A stretch of 64,000 nucleotides of DNA, taken from positions 310,001 to 374,000 of the forward strand of contig NW_026782112.1 in assembly GCF_031769215.1 (NCBI RefSeq). The letters are read 5' to 3'. The stretch's first letter is position 1; each line of letters opens with the position of its first letter. The notes below the pieces were generated by a model, which saw only the letters and a list, made by a program, of their open reading frames with translations, ran no database searches and was not told where the DNA came from. Positions 1-12,400 of this stretch are shown piece by piece. Both the position numbers and the translations under genes were made by a program. This stretch comes from Ylistrum balloti. Taxonomy: Eukaryota.

Positions 1-1337
1 ATGGAGCCTTGATTTGTAAAATATTTCTGAAGCCGATTTTGTGCCCTTTTGGACCTCTTGTGCCAACGTTATCCACAATTCATTAGCGACGCAGATTTTG
101 TCCGCATATGACGGAGCGATTTTGATGTGGGTGTCATGTAACCGTAGTACAGCATATTCACAAGCACCGCCTTATTTAACAGTAACGCATGTCATTGCTT
201 CCTCGTTTGAAATTTAGTTTCAAAGTAAAATACTCTCCGAATGTTATTTATTTGTGTGTCATACCTTATCACATCAATGTATAAACTAGCGAATGAATAG
301 TCATACCACTACATATGTTTAGTCTTTATATACGACTTTTTTTTTTAATTTCACAATAATTAAATTACGTCGTATATAACTGTATTGTGTTGCGAAGAAT
401 TGAGTCAATTGCAGCTTTTCCGCGTGGCCAACTTGAGCTAAAATCATAACCTTCATGAAATTTGTTCACTATAGCCAGGAGACGTGTCCAAACTTTTGAA
501 GATCTATATTATTTCTTTACGAGTCTCATTCCTTGTGCAACCAATTGATTTGTGAAGGAAAGCGATCCCAGTACGCATATACTTGCAAATCTAAATGATA
601 TAACATTTATTAATGCGTAAAATATTAAAGACAATATTTCTTACAGTGTTTTGCAGTCAAAATATGCTGTTTGGGTCATAAATGCGATAAAGAGTAATAC
701 AGCATTTAATTGCCAAATCGTTTCATTCGCATGTATTTCTGTAGGCAGTGTAGTAGAGCTTAATCATGATCTATACAACACATGTGTAATGCTGTTGTGT
801 ATGTGATAAGAACGTGTTTTGCGGAGGTTGTGATGTCTTCTCTTCTTTGTAAACAATTGTTTATTTCCAGAAAGTCTCTCTTGACCATTGGGAATAAGTT
901 CAGCATTTGATCTTACGAGGAAGGCTTTGGGTTGTGTTCTCTCAACAAGACATAGTAGAGTTTCTACAAGGTTTGTGTTCGATCTATGTAATTTCGGTTC
1001 TGATGTTTAGGTCATCTGGGTCGAAGTCTGCATTGGAATCGCATTTTGACCGACACTGTGCTCCATTTGTCTGTACACAGTTGTTATTTTCGATCTAATT
1101 TCAATGTATTTTTAAAGAAAACTTTCACACCCAAATGTGAACCAAAATCTTGAATTCCATGTTTCAAAATCTTACCAAAGGACGGGTATCTACTTCAAAA
1201 GCCAGATATTGAAGAATAAACTAGAGACCAAGATACCTAAATGGTTCTCTGAATACAAATACTTGCAGCAGGGAGAATGATTATCTCTTTTGCATTCACA
1301 CCACATACCAAGATGTCACTTGTTATCAGTAGTTGGT

Positions 1338-1531
1338 CAGTATTCATAAAACCTAGTGGTCACGTATCAGTTAGCAGTATACATTATATTGAAAATAATA
1401 ATAAAACACCATCATGTCAGAAAAGTCATAATCCAGTATTCATAAAACCTAGTGGTCACGTATCAGTTAGCAGTATACATTGTATTGAAAATAATGATAA
1501 AACACCATCATGTCAGAAAAGTCATAATCCA
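1338..1531. repeat. 96-bp direct tandem duplication (2 copies)
   Basis: cagtattcataaaacctagtgg starts at 1338 and 1434. Confidence 0.9.
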
Positions 1532-1569
1532 AATTCAAATTCAAGAAAACTAGGGAAAACTATGAACAA

Positions 1570-1735
1570 AAGAACGATTTTCACGGTTACTCTTGCAAAA
1601 AGAAAAGTCAATAGTAGCTTTATCGACGTCACGTAAATATTGGTCGATCCAAGTGAATTATTCCATGTTCTCAAATGAGAACAAGGTTTACAACAACGGA
1701 ACCAACAGGTAAACCGACCAGCCACGGAACGCATT
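1570..1735 (-). repeat. Dispersed ~200-bp repeat family 2 (probable 3' end of a PLE-type retroelement), copy 1
   Basis: Reverse complement aligns with 53690-53900 (gtttacctgttggttccgttgttgtaaaccttgttctcatttgagaac...acttggatcgaccaa). Confidence 0.6.
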
Positions 1736-1779
1736 GAGTGGAAGCAAGGTTTACATCCCAGTCAGCCGAGTGCGGAATT

Positions 1780-1930
1780 AATCACTCGTTAGTTTGCCTG
1801 TTGGTTCAGTTTTATATACCTCGTTTTCAGTTGAGAATACTTGGATTGACAAACATTTACACGGCGGGTGTCATTGATAAGCCTGAGAACGATTGCTCTT
1901 TCAGAACACCATGCATCTTGGCACAACTTT
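1780..1930 (+). repeat. Repeat family 2, copy 2
   Basis: ctcgttagtttgcctgttgg...acttggattgac...acggcgggtgtc...ctctttcagaacacc. Confidence 0.65.
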
Positions 1931-1984
1931 GAAGATATTACCAGAGTTTTATCTCCATTTCCTACCGTATGACTGTACGGCAAG

Positions 1985-2224
1985 TGATAACATTGATTTT
2001 CGAAAACAATATGAATAATGGTTTCCATTTTCCTTGATCAGTTTCTGCAATTAAACAACTTAATTTTGTCGATATATAATATAATGTGTACAATTTTATA
2101 CTTCTGTATACTGGTTTGTATCAACAGTTACATTCCTTGGTCAAAGATCGGTATTCAAACTCAGTGTTTATAGTACAAGTGTTGGTATTCAAACTTAATG
2201 TTTATAATACAAGGATCGGTATTT

Positions 2225-2273
<49 letters not shown>

Positions 2274-3715
2274 GGGGGGGGACAGAGAGAGATAATAGTG
2301 GGGAGAGAGAGAATAGTGGGGAGGGAGACAGAGAGTACCCGAGCTAGAGGTTTTATGAGGAAGATCATTGGGGTTTAGACCAACATTGTGGGGAAAAACA
2401 CAACATATGCAGGTTGTCTGTATATAAGATGAATGGGGATGGGAAAGTGGAAAAACAAAGAGACATAGGAAAGAAAGGAGGAAATTATGAAACCTGAAAA
2501 TAAGATGGCAGAAACAACAAGGATATCCACCATGACGTTATCTTCTGAAGACTTAGTGAAGGACTAACACTTAGTCTATACAAACCTTTCGTATCTAATC
2601 CTATAATTTAATTTTCTTGTCCCTATTTTTGCCAGTAACTTTTTTTCAACTTAACCACTAGCAATGCACTTTTAAATCCTGTAATCATCTTTCATTACGT
2701 TAACATGAGCATTTATATGTAATGACATATGTGAACATTTCATTATTTGAAAATATAGCTTTATGATGATAATTTCATTGTCTACTCGATTACTGAGATG
2801 GGAGTTATGGTGCAAAAAAAAAAAAAAAAAAAAAATACTTAAAATGGAATTAGATAGCTTTTATTATTGTTTTTTTACTTTTTTACATTCCCACGACAAA
2901 TGTGTAATTGTCTCTGGTTATGAGCTACAAATTACACAAAGACGGGAGATAACTACTCAAATTCAAAATAAAAAAAACCAAATTAGTTGATAGTCCATGA
3001 TAAACTTATCTGTACTGGAACCACTGAAGATTTGTACTTGTTGATTTATAAAATGCCAATTTAAAAAGTTTAGCCCAGCTTACTTTGTCCATGGTACTGA
3101 AAGAAGTTTTCCACATTTTGGATATTATTTAAGTAGACTAAACATAAACATGTCATTGTAATATGAATGGTTAAAGGAGACTGTTGGTGTTTCTGCTGAA
3201 TTTCGGATAACGGAGCCATTCGATGTTATTCTTAGGACGCAAACAAAACACAGTGAGTCTGAATATCAGTCAGCGTATCGACCTATGTATGTATGCTACT
3301 TGTGCCGCCCGTCTACCCAACTGCTTGTACGTAGCGTATATATCTAGGCCTACACGTGCACACTTCAACAATTTCAGTATGGACATGCAGTCACATGTTT
3401 AACACTTGTACCTGACAATGTTCACCCACGCTCCCTCTCCTTTCACCTTGTCAGCTTATGGCCGTTAGTGCAGGCTGTACTGAAGTAGAATGCATACAGG
3501 GTTTACAGACGTGTCCAAAGGAACGTATTACTGTATCAACTGACGAATCTAATACAAAGGGAGGTAACTGTTGATACAAACAAGTATACAGAAGTATAAA
3601 ATGGTACACATATATCAATAAGAATGTTTGCCAGATTTTACTTGCAGAAACTGATACAGGAAAAGGGAAACCATTGTTCATTTGTTTTGGAAAACTAATG
3701 TTGTTAACCTTTTTT
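1985..3715. repeat. Pair of ~170-bp diverged inverted repeats (1985-2155 and 3545-3715)
   Basis: aatggtttcc.ttttcct..atcagtttctgcaa and ttttatacttctgtatact.gtttgtatcaacagttac are present in opposite orientations. Confidence 0.8.
2227..2281. repeat. (GA)n microsatellite followed by a poly-G run
   Basis: Directly visible. Confidence 0.95.
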
Positions 3716-4994
3716 TGGGTTTTGGTGATAAAACAAATACCAATTTACTCTACCTAGAAATCCAAAAATCTTGCTGTAGCTCCTACAAGTACTGAAAGCA
3801 TAAAAACATCAGAATAAAAAGAATATATTGACCGTATATATATTGAAATAAAACTAAGAAAAGAGTTTTTGAAAAAATGGAATTTTATTTATCAAGTCAA
3901 GGTATGTAAGTATAGAAAAGATGATGATTATATTAAATATTGTGTTCCATAATGAAATACATTGATGTAATCATGTATTAGATGTATAGATTTATGTAAT
4001 TTCAAAACATTTGATTGAGCAAAAATTGACACTTAGGAAATGTGTCACTTATATACTTAAATCATGTATACTCTTCTTGATCTTTGTTATAGAAGCTGAA
4101 AGTATGAGACATGATTTTGTTATGCTCTATAGGTATGGCAAATCGGTTGATTTCACCAACACATGTCCGTGGGAATACCTGTATCATTGAAGTTGTCAAT
4201 TTCAAGATATGGAATAAGTAAATACATTCTATCGATGGAAAACATTAGATGTTTTACAAAATTTGTAGATTTCACGGCCCTGGGGTCTTACATCCTCCCT
4301 TGGGGTGGGTTTTTTTAAAATTTTTAATTAATTTTTTTTTTTTTTTGCTTTTTTATATGGGCAATTTTCGGGGATGAAGGATATTTCTTCAACAGGCAAG
4401 TGGAAGAAGAAGTTAGGCAATGGACAAGAAAATTCTGAGTTTTTAGATATAGCTGAACTGTCTTCAGTAGGACACCTGAAGGTTCAGAATTTCGATTATC
4501 ACACGATTTAGCAGTCTATTCCACTCTAAGATTTAAGCCGCAAAATTCATTTGTAATTTGTCAACTTTTTCAGTGTACGAGTTTTATCACTTAAAATTAA
4601 GTAGATTTCAGGTACATTCTGTAGCTGGTGTATGTTGAACTTGTATTATCGTCAAAGGTTAAAGTCACCAAATAGGTCACCAAATTATACTTTATTGTAG
4701 TGATTATCATAGACTGTCATTCTTTTCTTTAAAAGTCTTGATATAGGCTTGATGGAAAAAAAATCCCTTTTTTGTTTTGTTGTAGTTAAATAAATAATTC
4801 AATATTACGATACTGTGGAATATTGAACAATTTCTGATTATATTGGAAAATTCTGTTAATGCAGTTTTACAAAGCTGCTAAACACCATGGAATAACAGTT
4901 CTCGTGCCCATTACAAACATTATAATTTAAAATGCGATGGATGATATTATATCTTAGAAAGGAATCCGAGCTACTTGCATGCACACGCAATACT

Positions 4995-5865
4995 GAAAGA
5001 TGACAAGGTATCCTTTATTATTTATACCAGGACTTAGAGATGACACAAAAACGTAATAAAACACCAGTACAGGTGTATGACACAGTAACCTAATTATATA
5101 CCTGTGCAGAAAGATGACAGGGTATCCTTTATTATATATACCAGTACGTAGAGATGACACAAAAACGTAATTACACACCAGTACAGGTGTATGACTCAGT
5201 ATCCTAATTATATACCTGTACAGAAAGATGACAAGGTATCCTTTATTTAGATACCAGTACGTAGAGATGACACAAAAACGTAATTATACACCAGTACAGG
5301 TGTATGACTCAGTATCCTACTTATATACCTGTACAGAAAGATGACAAGGTATCCTTTATTTAGATACCAGTACGTAGAGATGACACAAAAACGTAATTAC
5401 ACACCAGTACAGGTGTATGACACAGTATCCTAATTATATACCTGTACAGAAAGATGACAAGGTATCCTTTATTTAGATACCAGTACGTAGAGATGACACA
5501 AAAACGTAATTAAACACCAGTACAGGTGTATGACTCAGTATCCTAATTATATACCTGTACAGAAAGATGACAAGGTATCCTTTATTATATATACCAGTAC
5601 GTAGAGATGACACAAAAACGTAATTACACACCAGTACAGGTGTATGACTCAGTAACCTAATTATATACCTGTACAGAAAGATGACAAGGTATCCTTTATT
5701 TAGATACCAGTACGTAGAGATGACACAAAAACGTAATTATACACCAGTACAGGTGTATGACTCAGTATCCTAATTATATACCTGTACAGAAAGATGACAA
5801 GGTATCCTATATTTAGATACCAGTACGTAGAGATGACACAAAAAACGTAATAAAACAACAGTACA
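4995..5865. repeat. 113-bp tandem repeat, ~7.7 copies
   Basis: gtacagaaag recurs at 5218, 5331, 5444 and 5557. Confidence 0.95.
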
Positions 5866-6191
5866 TGTGAATGACATTGTTTACCTATTTCTAAGCTAGT
5901 GCTGAAGCATGGCACGGCATACCCAAGACTATCAGTAGAAGTATAATACCGAATTTATAATTATATACAACGATGTCACGGTGTATATATATACCACTAC
6001 AGGAGAATACTACGTTTACGGTATTATATACGTGCACTTTACAATGGTCAATATTTTATAAACACATTCTTTTGATAAATCAATTCACGAATACTCCATT
6101 TAAAGCTACTTGGTGTCATTGATATATCGGTCATGTTCGTATTATCTATATGGATAGCACTAATCGCATGTGTACACGGTCGTTCAGTTTA

Positions 6192-6409
6192 TCAAAGTTT
6201 ATCATATTTTTCTTTCAGATCGTTTGCAATTGCGTCGAAATTTTCATGTAAAAGTCCTTGTATAATTGCATTAAATTTCTGTTCTGTTGTCGTAAGGCTT
6301 GTCTTGTAAGCCCATCTCGTTAGCGACTGGTAGATGGCCTCCTTCACGTCACCTTTGTGGTTACACTCTGCCTCCGAAATGATGTTCTCGGAATTCAGCC
6401 CACTGTTAC
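6192..6409 (-). CDS. Death-domain gene last coding exon (rest of death domain)
   Basis: tcttacag| acceptor at 6410; the phase-1 frame is open to TGA at 6194-6192. Missing from the ORF track because it has no ATG. Confidence 0.85.
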
Positions 6410-9400
6410 CTGTAAGACAAATTAATATTTGTCAAACTGTTGCGGATGTTCATCAAACTGATTGATAAACCTTATAGATTATCGGAAACAGCAAGCCTTA
6501 ATTATTATCTTTTCTTCCTTAGAATTAAGTTAAGACTATGGATACTATGATAAAGATATGCTGACTAAACGTGAAATTTATCTACTCGCATAGAAATCCG
6601 ATATTTATTCCAACTTTATGAACAGATCGATGAATTGTTAAAAGTATACACAATTGTCGACATGTTGAATTTACTTGTTGTTTTCACTGACGTACCGATA
6701 ATAGCTCTCAATACGAATTTCCAATCTTTGGGTGGAATCGAAGTTGTCAAAGTATTGATGACTCTTTCTAGGACAATGGGTATCGTGACCTGCTGATCTT
6801 CTGTTGTGCCTGGAAAAGACAAGAAAATGATGTCAATAAAGTCAAAATAGGTAATACTGAATTTCTACCCTCTAAGCAAATCAATTTCAGAAAATTTATT
6901 TCAAAAATGAAAATCAAAATTGAAATTATTTTACTTTTATACTTTCACAAAAAATGTAGATTTCCGATTCCAATGTTTCATATCTATTATATTTTGCTGT
7001 TATTGTTGCATGAAAAAAGGGAGGAAATCATGCATTTGTCTCCTACATATTTTCCGGTTTTACAGAATGAGTTTCATGGTTATTATAATATGATATTAAG
7101 CAGTTAGTGCTTCTATTTCCACTGTTCGTTAACTTTAATAAGGAGTGTAACTGTTTCCCTGGCTGTGTGTAATAAAGTGCGCGTTGATGATCAAAGTTAA
7201 AATCTGAAGTATATTTGGCATTGATAAGATTGATTGACGGCTGTAATTGTCATCATTGAGCCTCGCAGTTGATGTTTGAGGCTGTGCGAGTGATAGCGAT
7301 AGAAATATCTACGGGGAAAATATTATCCAAAAGAAACACAAATGAATAACACATCTTGCTACAAATTCAGATAAAGAATAGCTAAACCATGAATTAAACT
7401 GCATCATACATTTGTTTCGTTCCTATAAGACCCGTCAGTGATGCTAAGGGTTAAAAGTCTGAAGCCTTTTGGTATACATCAGACAATTTAAAAAAAACAC
7501 GTGTATGCTCTGAACCGTGTAGTGCAATATTTGAATGAATAAAAACGGGACATGCAGGGTACGGCAAATCTTACCTCGTGCTGAGCTAGATGTATACAGC
7601 CTTGCAGCATCCGGTGACAACGATATCGTCACTAAACATGATGTTGTCGATGAAAATAGATAAAACAGTTGAAATCGGGTCATACAGGTAAAATAAATCT
7701 TAAAAGGAAGCTTTGAACATAAATAAATAAATTTTATTTTCACCGATAAGTTTAAGGGAAAAAATCCTACCTTAAATCTTCATATCCAGATGCACGTCTG
7801 TTATTGGATTGAATTAACTACAGCGTCAAATTAGTGATGTCCCAGACATGACACTGAATCATGGTACTTACATTATGTTAACCATGCTGATGGACTTTGG
7901 CATAACACAAAATACTCACATTGTGTTAAGTTGGCTGAACGATCTCCTATCCCCAAGGACATTGTTGGACTTGCTGCTGTGGCAGTTCCTAAAGGTATAC
8001 GACAATTTGTTGACACGTTATGTTACTACTTATTTCTGTTAGCTATTAAACACATCTTTATATTTGTTTTGTAGGTAAACAGTAACTGACCTAACGGATT
8101 TGAAGTAGTAAATGAAATTCTAAACCATCGTTGTGCCGCTACATTAATGTCTTTGATATACCTACCCTGTGACATCTTCCTAAACGTAAAGTCAGCATCA
8201 AAGAAAGTTTCGTAAATCAATTCTCTGTGACCGTCGACTCGGTTGAAGTCTAAGTAACCAAAATGAACTGGTCTGTTTCCTATTTGAGTCTCCACTGGAA
8301 AAACGATGTGCTTTTGTAAGCCTTCAAGGAGGAATGTTATAATCATTTGATCTTTTCTGAATCCCAGTGGAAGTTTTATTCCACCTCGTAAGCTGATGCG
8401 TATTCTGTCTCCGTCTTCAAGGAAAATGGGTGGTGACCGACAATTTACTAACTCCTCGAACCCGTGCTGCATATCAGAAAGCTTTTCTGTAGTTTCGTTA
8501 ACCTGTTTACGTTCCACGCATTCTACACGGATGCATTTTCCCTGGTAACTGCAAGCATTTCTTGTTGCAAATACCAAAATGTGGCAATGAAATATTTTAC
8601 CTAGTGCCATTAGAACACGGAGCTTTCCTGTATCCGTACTCATTTTCTTGTGGTTTCCAAGCTGGATGTTATGACTGTCGATAAGAAAACAAATATACCT
8701 TAATGGCTGGGCAGTTACTTAGGTACACAGACATGCATGCAAATGGCATCTTATAACACCCTGTTGTAATCATTTCCAATGAGGACCGATACATGATTAT
8801 AACATCAAGATGAAAGCAAAGCAACTAGCTTTTTTATCAATAAGTCGACATTTTTTTAGGATCTATTACCTTTCTTTGCTGAAAGTTAATCAAGACGCCC
8901 GTGTGCCAACGAACATCTGGCTGTAAGATTCTCTTTAATGATAAAATTATTCTTATGAAAATGTTTAGGCTAACAAAAATCGTCTCTCAAGCTTCCAACA
9001 AATCTTTGAGAGTATTGATCATGTACTAAAGGATTAATATTTCTAACGTTGGAACATACAGCTTGAAACAGATTTGATTTTTTCGTTTTATTGAATATTA
9101 TTTCTACGATACCTGCGTAAATCGTCGACTTTCATGCTGACCGAAAACCATCTACCTTTTTTATTGTAACTCTCGGGGGCGAGTTTGTGTAAAGTCATTT
9201 CTTTTAGGTTTTCGCCAGTATGTACACCGACAAAATTGTATTTAGTTAGGTCTGGGTTCGTAGAGTTGTCAAAGAGGTCGAGATCAAGTTGCATTTCCAT
9301 CTGCTTTTTGAATATTCCTTTTCTGTGCTTAACATGTACTGATTTGGAAGCACCTATAATGCAGGGTTCATGATCAACGTAGAATGGGCCATCATTGTTT

Positions 9401-12400
9401 TGTGGAATAACCTTGAAATACATGAAAACGCTGTTTGAATAAAAGATTGTACAAACGACACACAAGTTGAGTAATATACAGTATACAATAAATTAATCTG
9501 TAACATACAGCAATTTCGTTCGTCTAGGACTTGACAGTGAAGGGCCTAAATTTTGAGGCTTATGAGGCGACCGAAGCAAATATAAAGCTATCGAAGAAAA
9601 AGTAAAAAATCTAGATGGGTAGGTGCCAAAGCAATGAAAACAAGTGTTCATGGTAACGGAGACCATTATATAGCCCCTCCCCCATCCCCTCAGGGGCCAT
9701 TATGTTAAATAAGAAAAACAACGACTTCATCATTGTGGTACTGATGTCAGACAATATCAGTCCTTTTGAAAATCGAATATCTATATACCAATTTTTTTCG
9801 GGCTATACCGAAATCGAAGTTTTGATCTATCATGCTGCTGTTAACTGTCAGATGACCGATCGAAGGAAGAAAAAGCTCTCGCCTATCATACATGAAAACT
9901 GAATTCCATCCTATAGTTTTCGAGAAATGAGTCGTAAACCTCGCAGGTGAACGAAAGCGGAAGCAATAAGAATAATAACTACAATTGCAACACAACTTGG
10001 GAATCCATTTGCTAGCGCCTCAAAATGCACCTCCATACCAAATTTAATGGAAATCGGACGATATATAAAGGTTGGTCGAATGGCACTAGGGCTGCCGAGT
10101 AGAATGGGGTCACCTGCCCGACCACGTGGGTTTCCCCGGAGTACACCTGTTTCCTTCCCCTTGCGCGTTTCCATGCGGGACAACAAGAGTGATAAATATA
10201 AGTTTAGAAAACTTGTTTCACAAATGTTCTTAATGCAATAAAGTTCAATTTATAAAAGAAAAAATAATATCGACCAATCAAAGGTCAGAAAAAAGCGGCC
10301 ATTTTTTTCAAAACGTGAAATAAGGGTAGAATAATAATATATATAATGTATATAATAATAATCCGACATATCAATTGTCATGGAAATCGGACAAAGTATA
10401 AATTCCGACCAATCATAAACATGCGTGTGGCGGCCATTTTGCATAATACAGTGGATTCCTTTATAAAGACACCTGCGATGATATGATATTATGCATTCTG
10501 TCAAATTTATGTTTTTCACACTTTCATGCGCACTGAAAACCATCTATTATTTTAATTGTAACTCATGTGGGTGCGTTTGTGTAAAGTCATTTCATTTGTT
10601 TGGTTTTTGCCAATATGTACGCCGACAAAATATTATTTAGTAAGTCTGGGTTCGTAGAATTGTCAAAGAGGTCGAGATCAAATTGGTTTTTCATCTGCGT
10701 TTCATGATACTGTTGATGATGATGATATATATATGGTTTGATGATTATCTACTCGAAAGTGTCTGATATATGACGACAAAAGAAGAAAGAACGGAACAAT
10801 AACAATACTTTTCCCCGACTCTGTTGGGATGATTTCATGATTAGAAAAAGAAACGGAGCAAAAACAATTTGTCCCATCACAAAAATATGAGAGAAGAACA
10901 AATCGTTATCGGATTGATAGAGTATATATGAAATATATTCAAACCAAGTTCAATATACCCGCTTTGACTATAATATGACTAAAGACACCTTTGAGTCTTT
11001 AAAATATTATGCCATTTATGATAACATAGTGCGGTATGTAACCAATATCATGTTTCCTGACGAAATATATAGAATATTATTAGTATTCATTACAATTAGA
11101 CCATGTACAATAATCATTCCTTTCAATTCTTGGTACAGTGATGACCGTCTGAACACTAAGTGGAAATTCAATAATTGAACCGCATCAGGTTTGAAGAAAG
11201 TGCAATATTTTTACCTGGATATATAGAGTTTCTTTCTGTGTAACACAGTCACGGGGGAAAATTATTTTTATCGTTTCGTCTTCTTTGCATACATATTCTT
11301 TTCCCTCTGGTCCAAGTTCGATTCTGTGGGTGATCGGCTCAGAAATCAAAAAGATAATGTCACATGCGCCACCTTTGAATTCAGCAGTATTATCCTGTTT
11401 ATAAGAAAGTTTCTTAGTATAGAATTTTTTCTGGGCTAAAATCTGAATAAACAGAGATTTACAAATGACATTCCTAAAATAAACGGACAATATGATCATA
11501 TGTTCTGGAAAAGTAAGCGTATAATATATAAATATTTAAAAAAAAATATCAAAATTAAGATTAACTCGGAGATCTTTCCAACGCAGAACGTAAGTAAAAT
11601 CCCTTGTACCTGACAAATAATTATGGTAGCTTTACAGACAGCATCAAACATAGGTGAAGAGGTGATTTCTATTTCTGTTGTTTTTTTTTTTTTTTTCTTT
11701 GCTTTTGCTTTTGTTTTGTTTTTTTGTTTAGTTTTTCACTCAGACAAACCAGAAGACGATTAACTTTCCATCAAAATGGTCTTAATCGTATGCATTTTTC
11801 AATGGTCTCCATGTCACTATTTCATTGGCTAATGCTCTTGTAATATCGTACTATTTAGCACGTATCTTAATATATTTATCTATGATTTAGCAATGATTTC
11901 TTGTTGTTAAAAACACTTTAAACTAAATCTTACAAATATTATTTTATGACCAGAAAATAAAGTTTTCATACTACGAAATGAGCAGACACTAATGATGACA
12001 TAAAACTGATATTAGAAAATACTGACAAACCTATTTATGAGTTGAGTGTGGATGTATTCTCACCTTCAGTTTCACGGATTTTTTCCTCCATCTCATATTT
12101 TCCCGGGTATATGCAAAATATCCACAGTGAGGTGAACGATTTACTTTCATGGTAAAAACAATTCGTACGTCATCATTGCAGTTGTCTGGAAAAGGCAAGG
12201 TCGCTAGTTGTCCTTCTTCATATATACCATACAAATCTGTAATTAGTCTTGAATCAGCCAGTTCCCCTTTCAATGTAGTCCAATGTGTATTCATCTGTAT
12301 CTGATCCAGAGGGCGGGAAACGTATGGAACTTTGAATTTGTATTCCTCGGGATAACGAACGACTATCCCATTGTCAAGATCATGTTCAATAATTGCATAT

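Noticed and set aside
1277-1636. 119-aa plus-strand ORF with a 32-aa repeat
   Set aside because: The repeat is just the 96-bp duplication and the end runs into a dispersed repeat. No family resemblance.
3890-4700. Scattered plus-strand splice-like signals
   Set aside because: No consistent open frame could be joined. It might be a non-coding transcript, but the sequence alone does not support that.
6616-6695. ORF-track continuation TSVKTTSKF...ICS* as the gene's end
   Set aside because: A G|gtacgt donor at 6695 splices in frame to 6409 and completes the death domain, so this stretch is intronic.
8870-8920. 51-nt exon-like segment (ttacag ... AAG|gtaata) in intron 7 of the death-domain gene
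   Set aside because: In the required phase 2 it contains TGA, and its pyrimidine tract is weak. The gene closes without it. A poison-exon role cannot be supported without RNA data.
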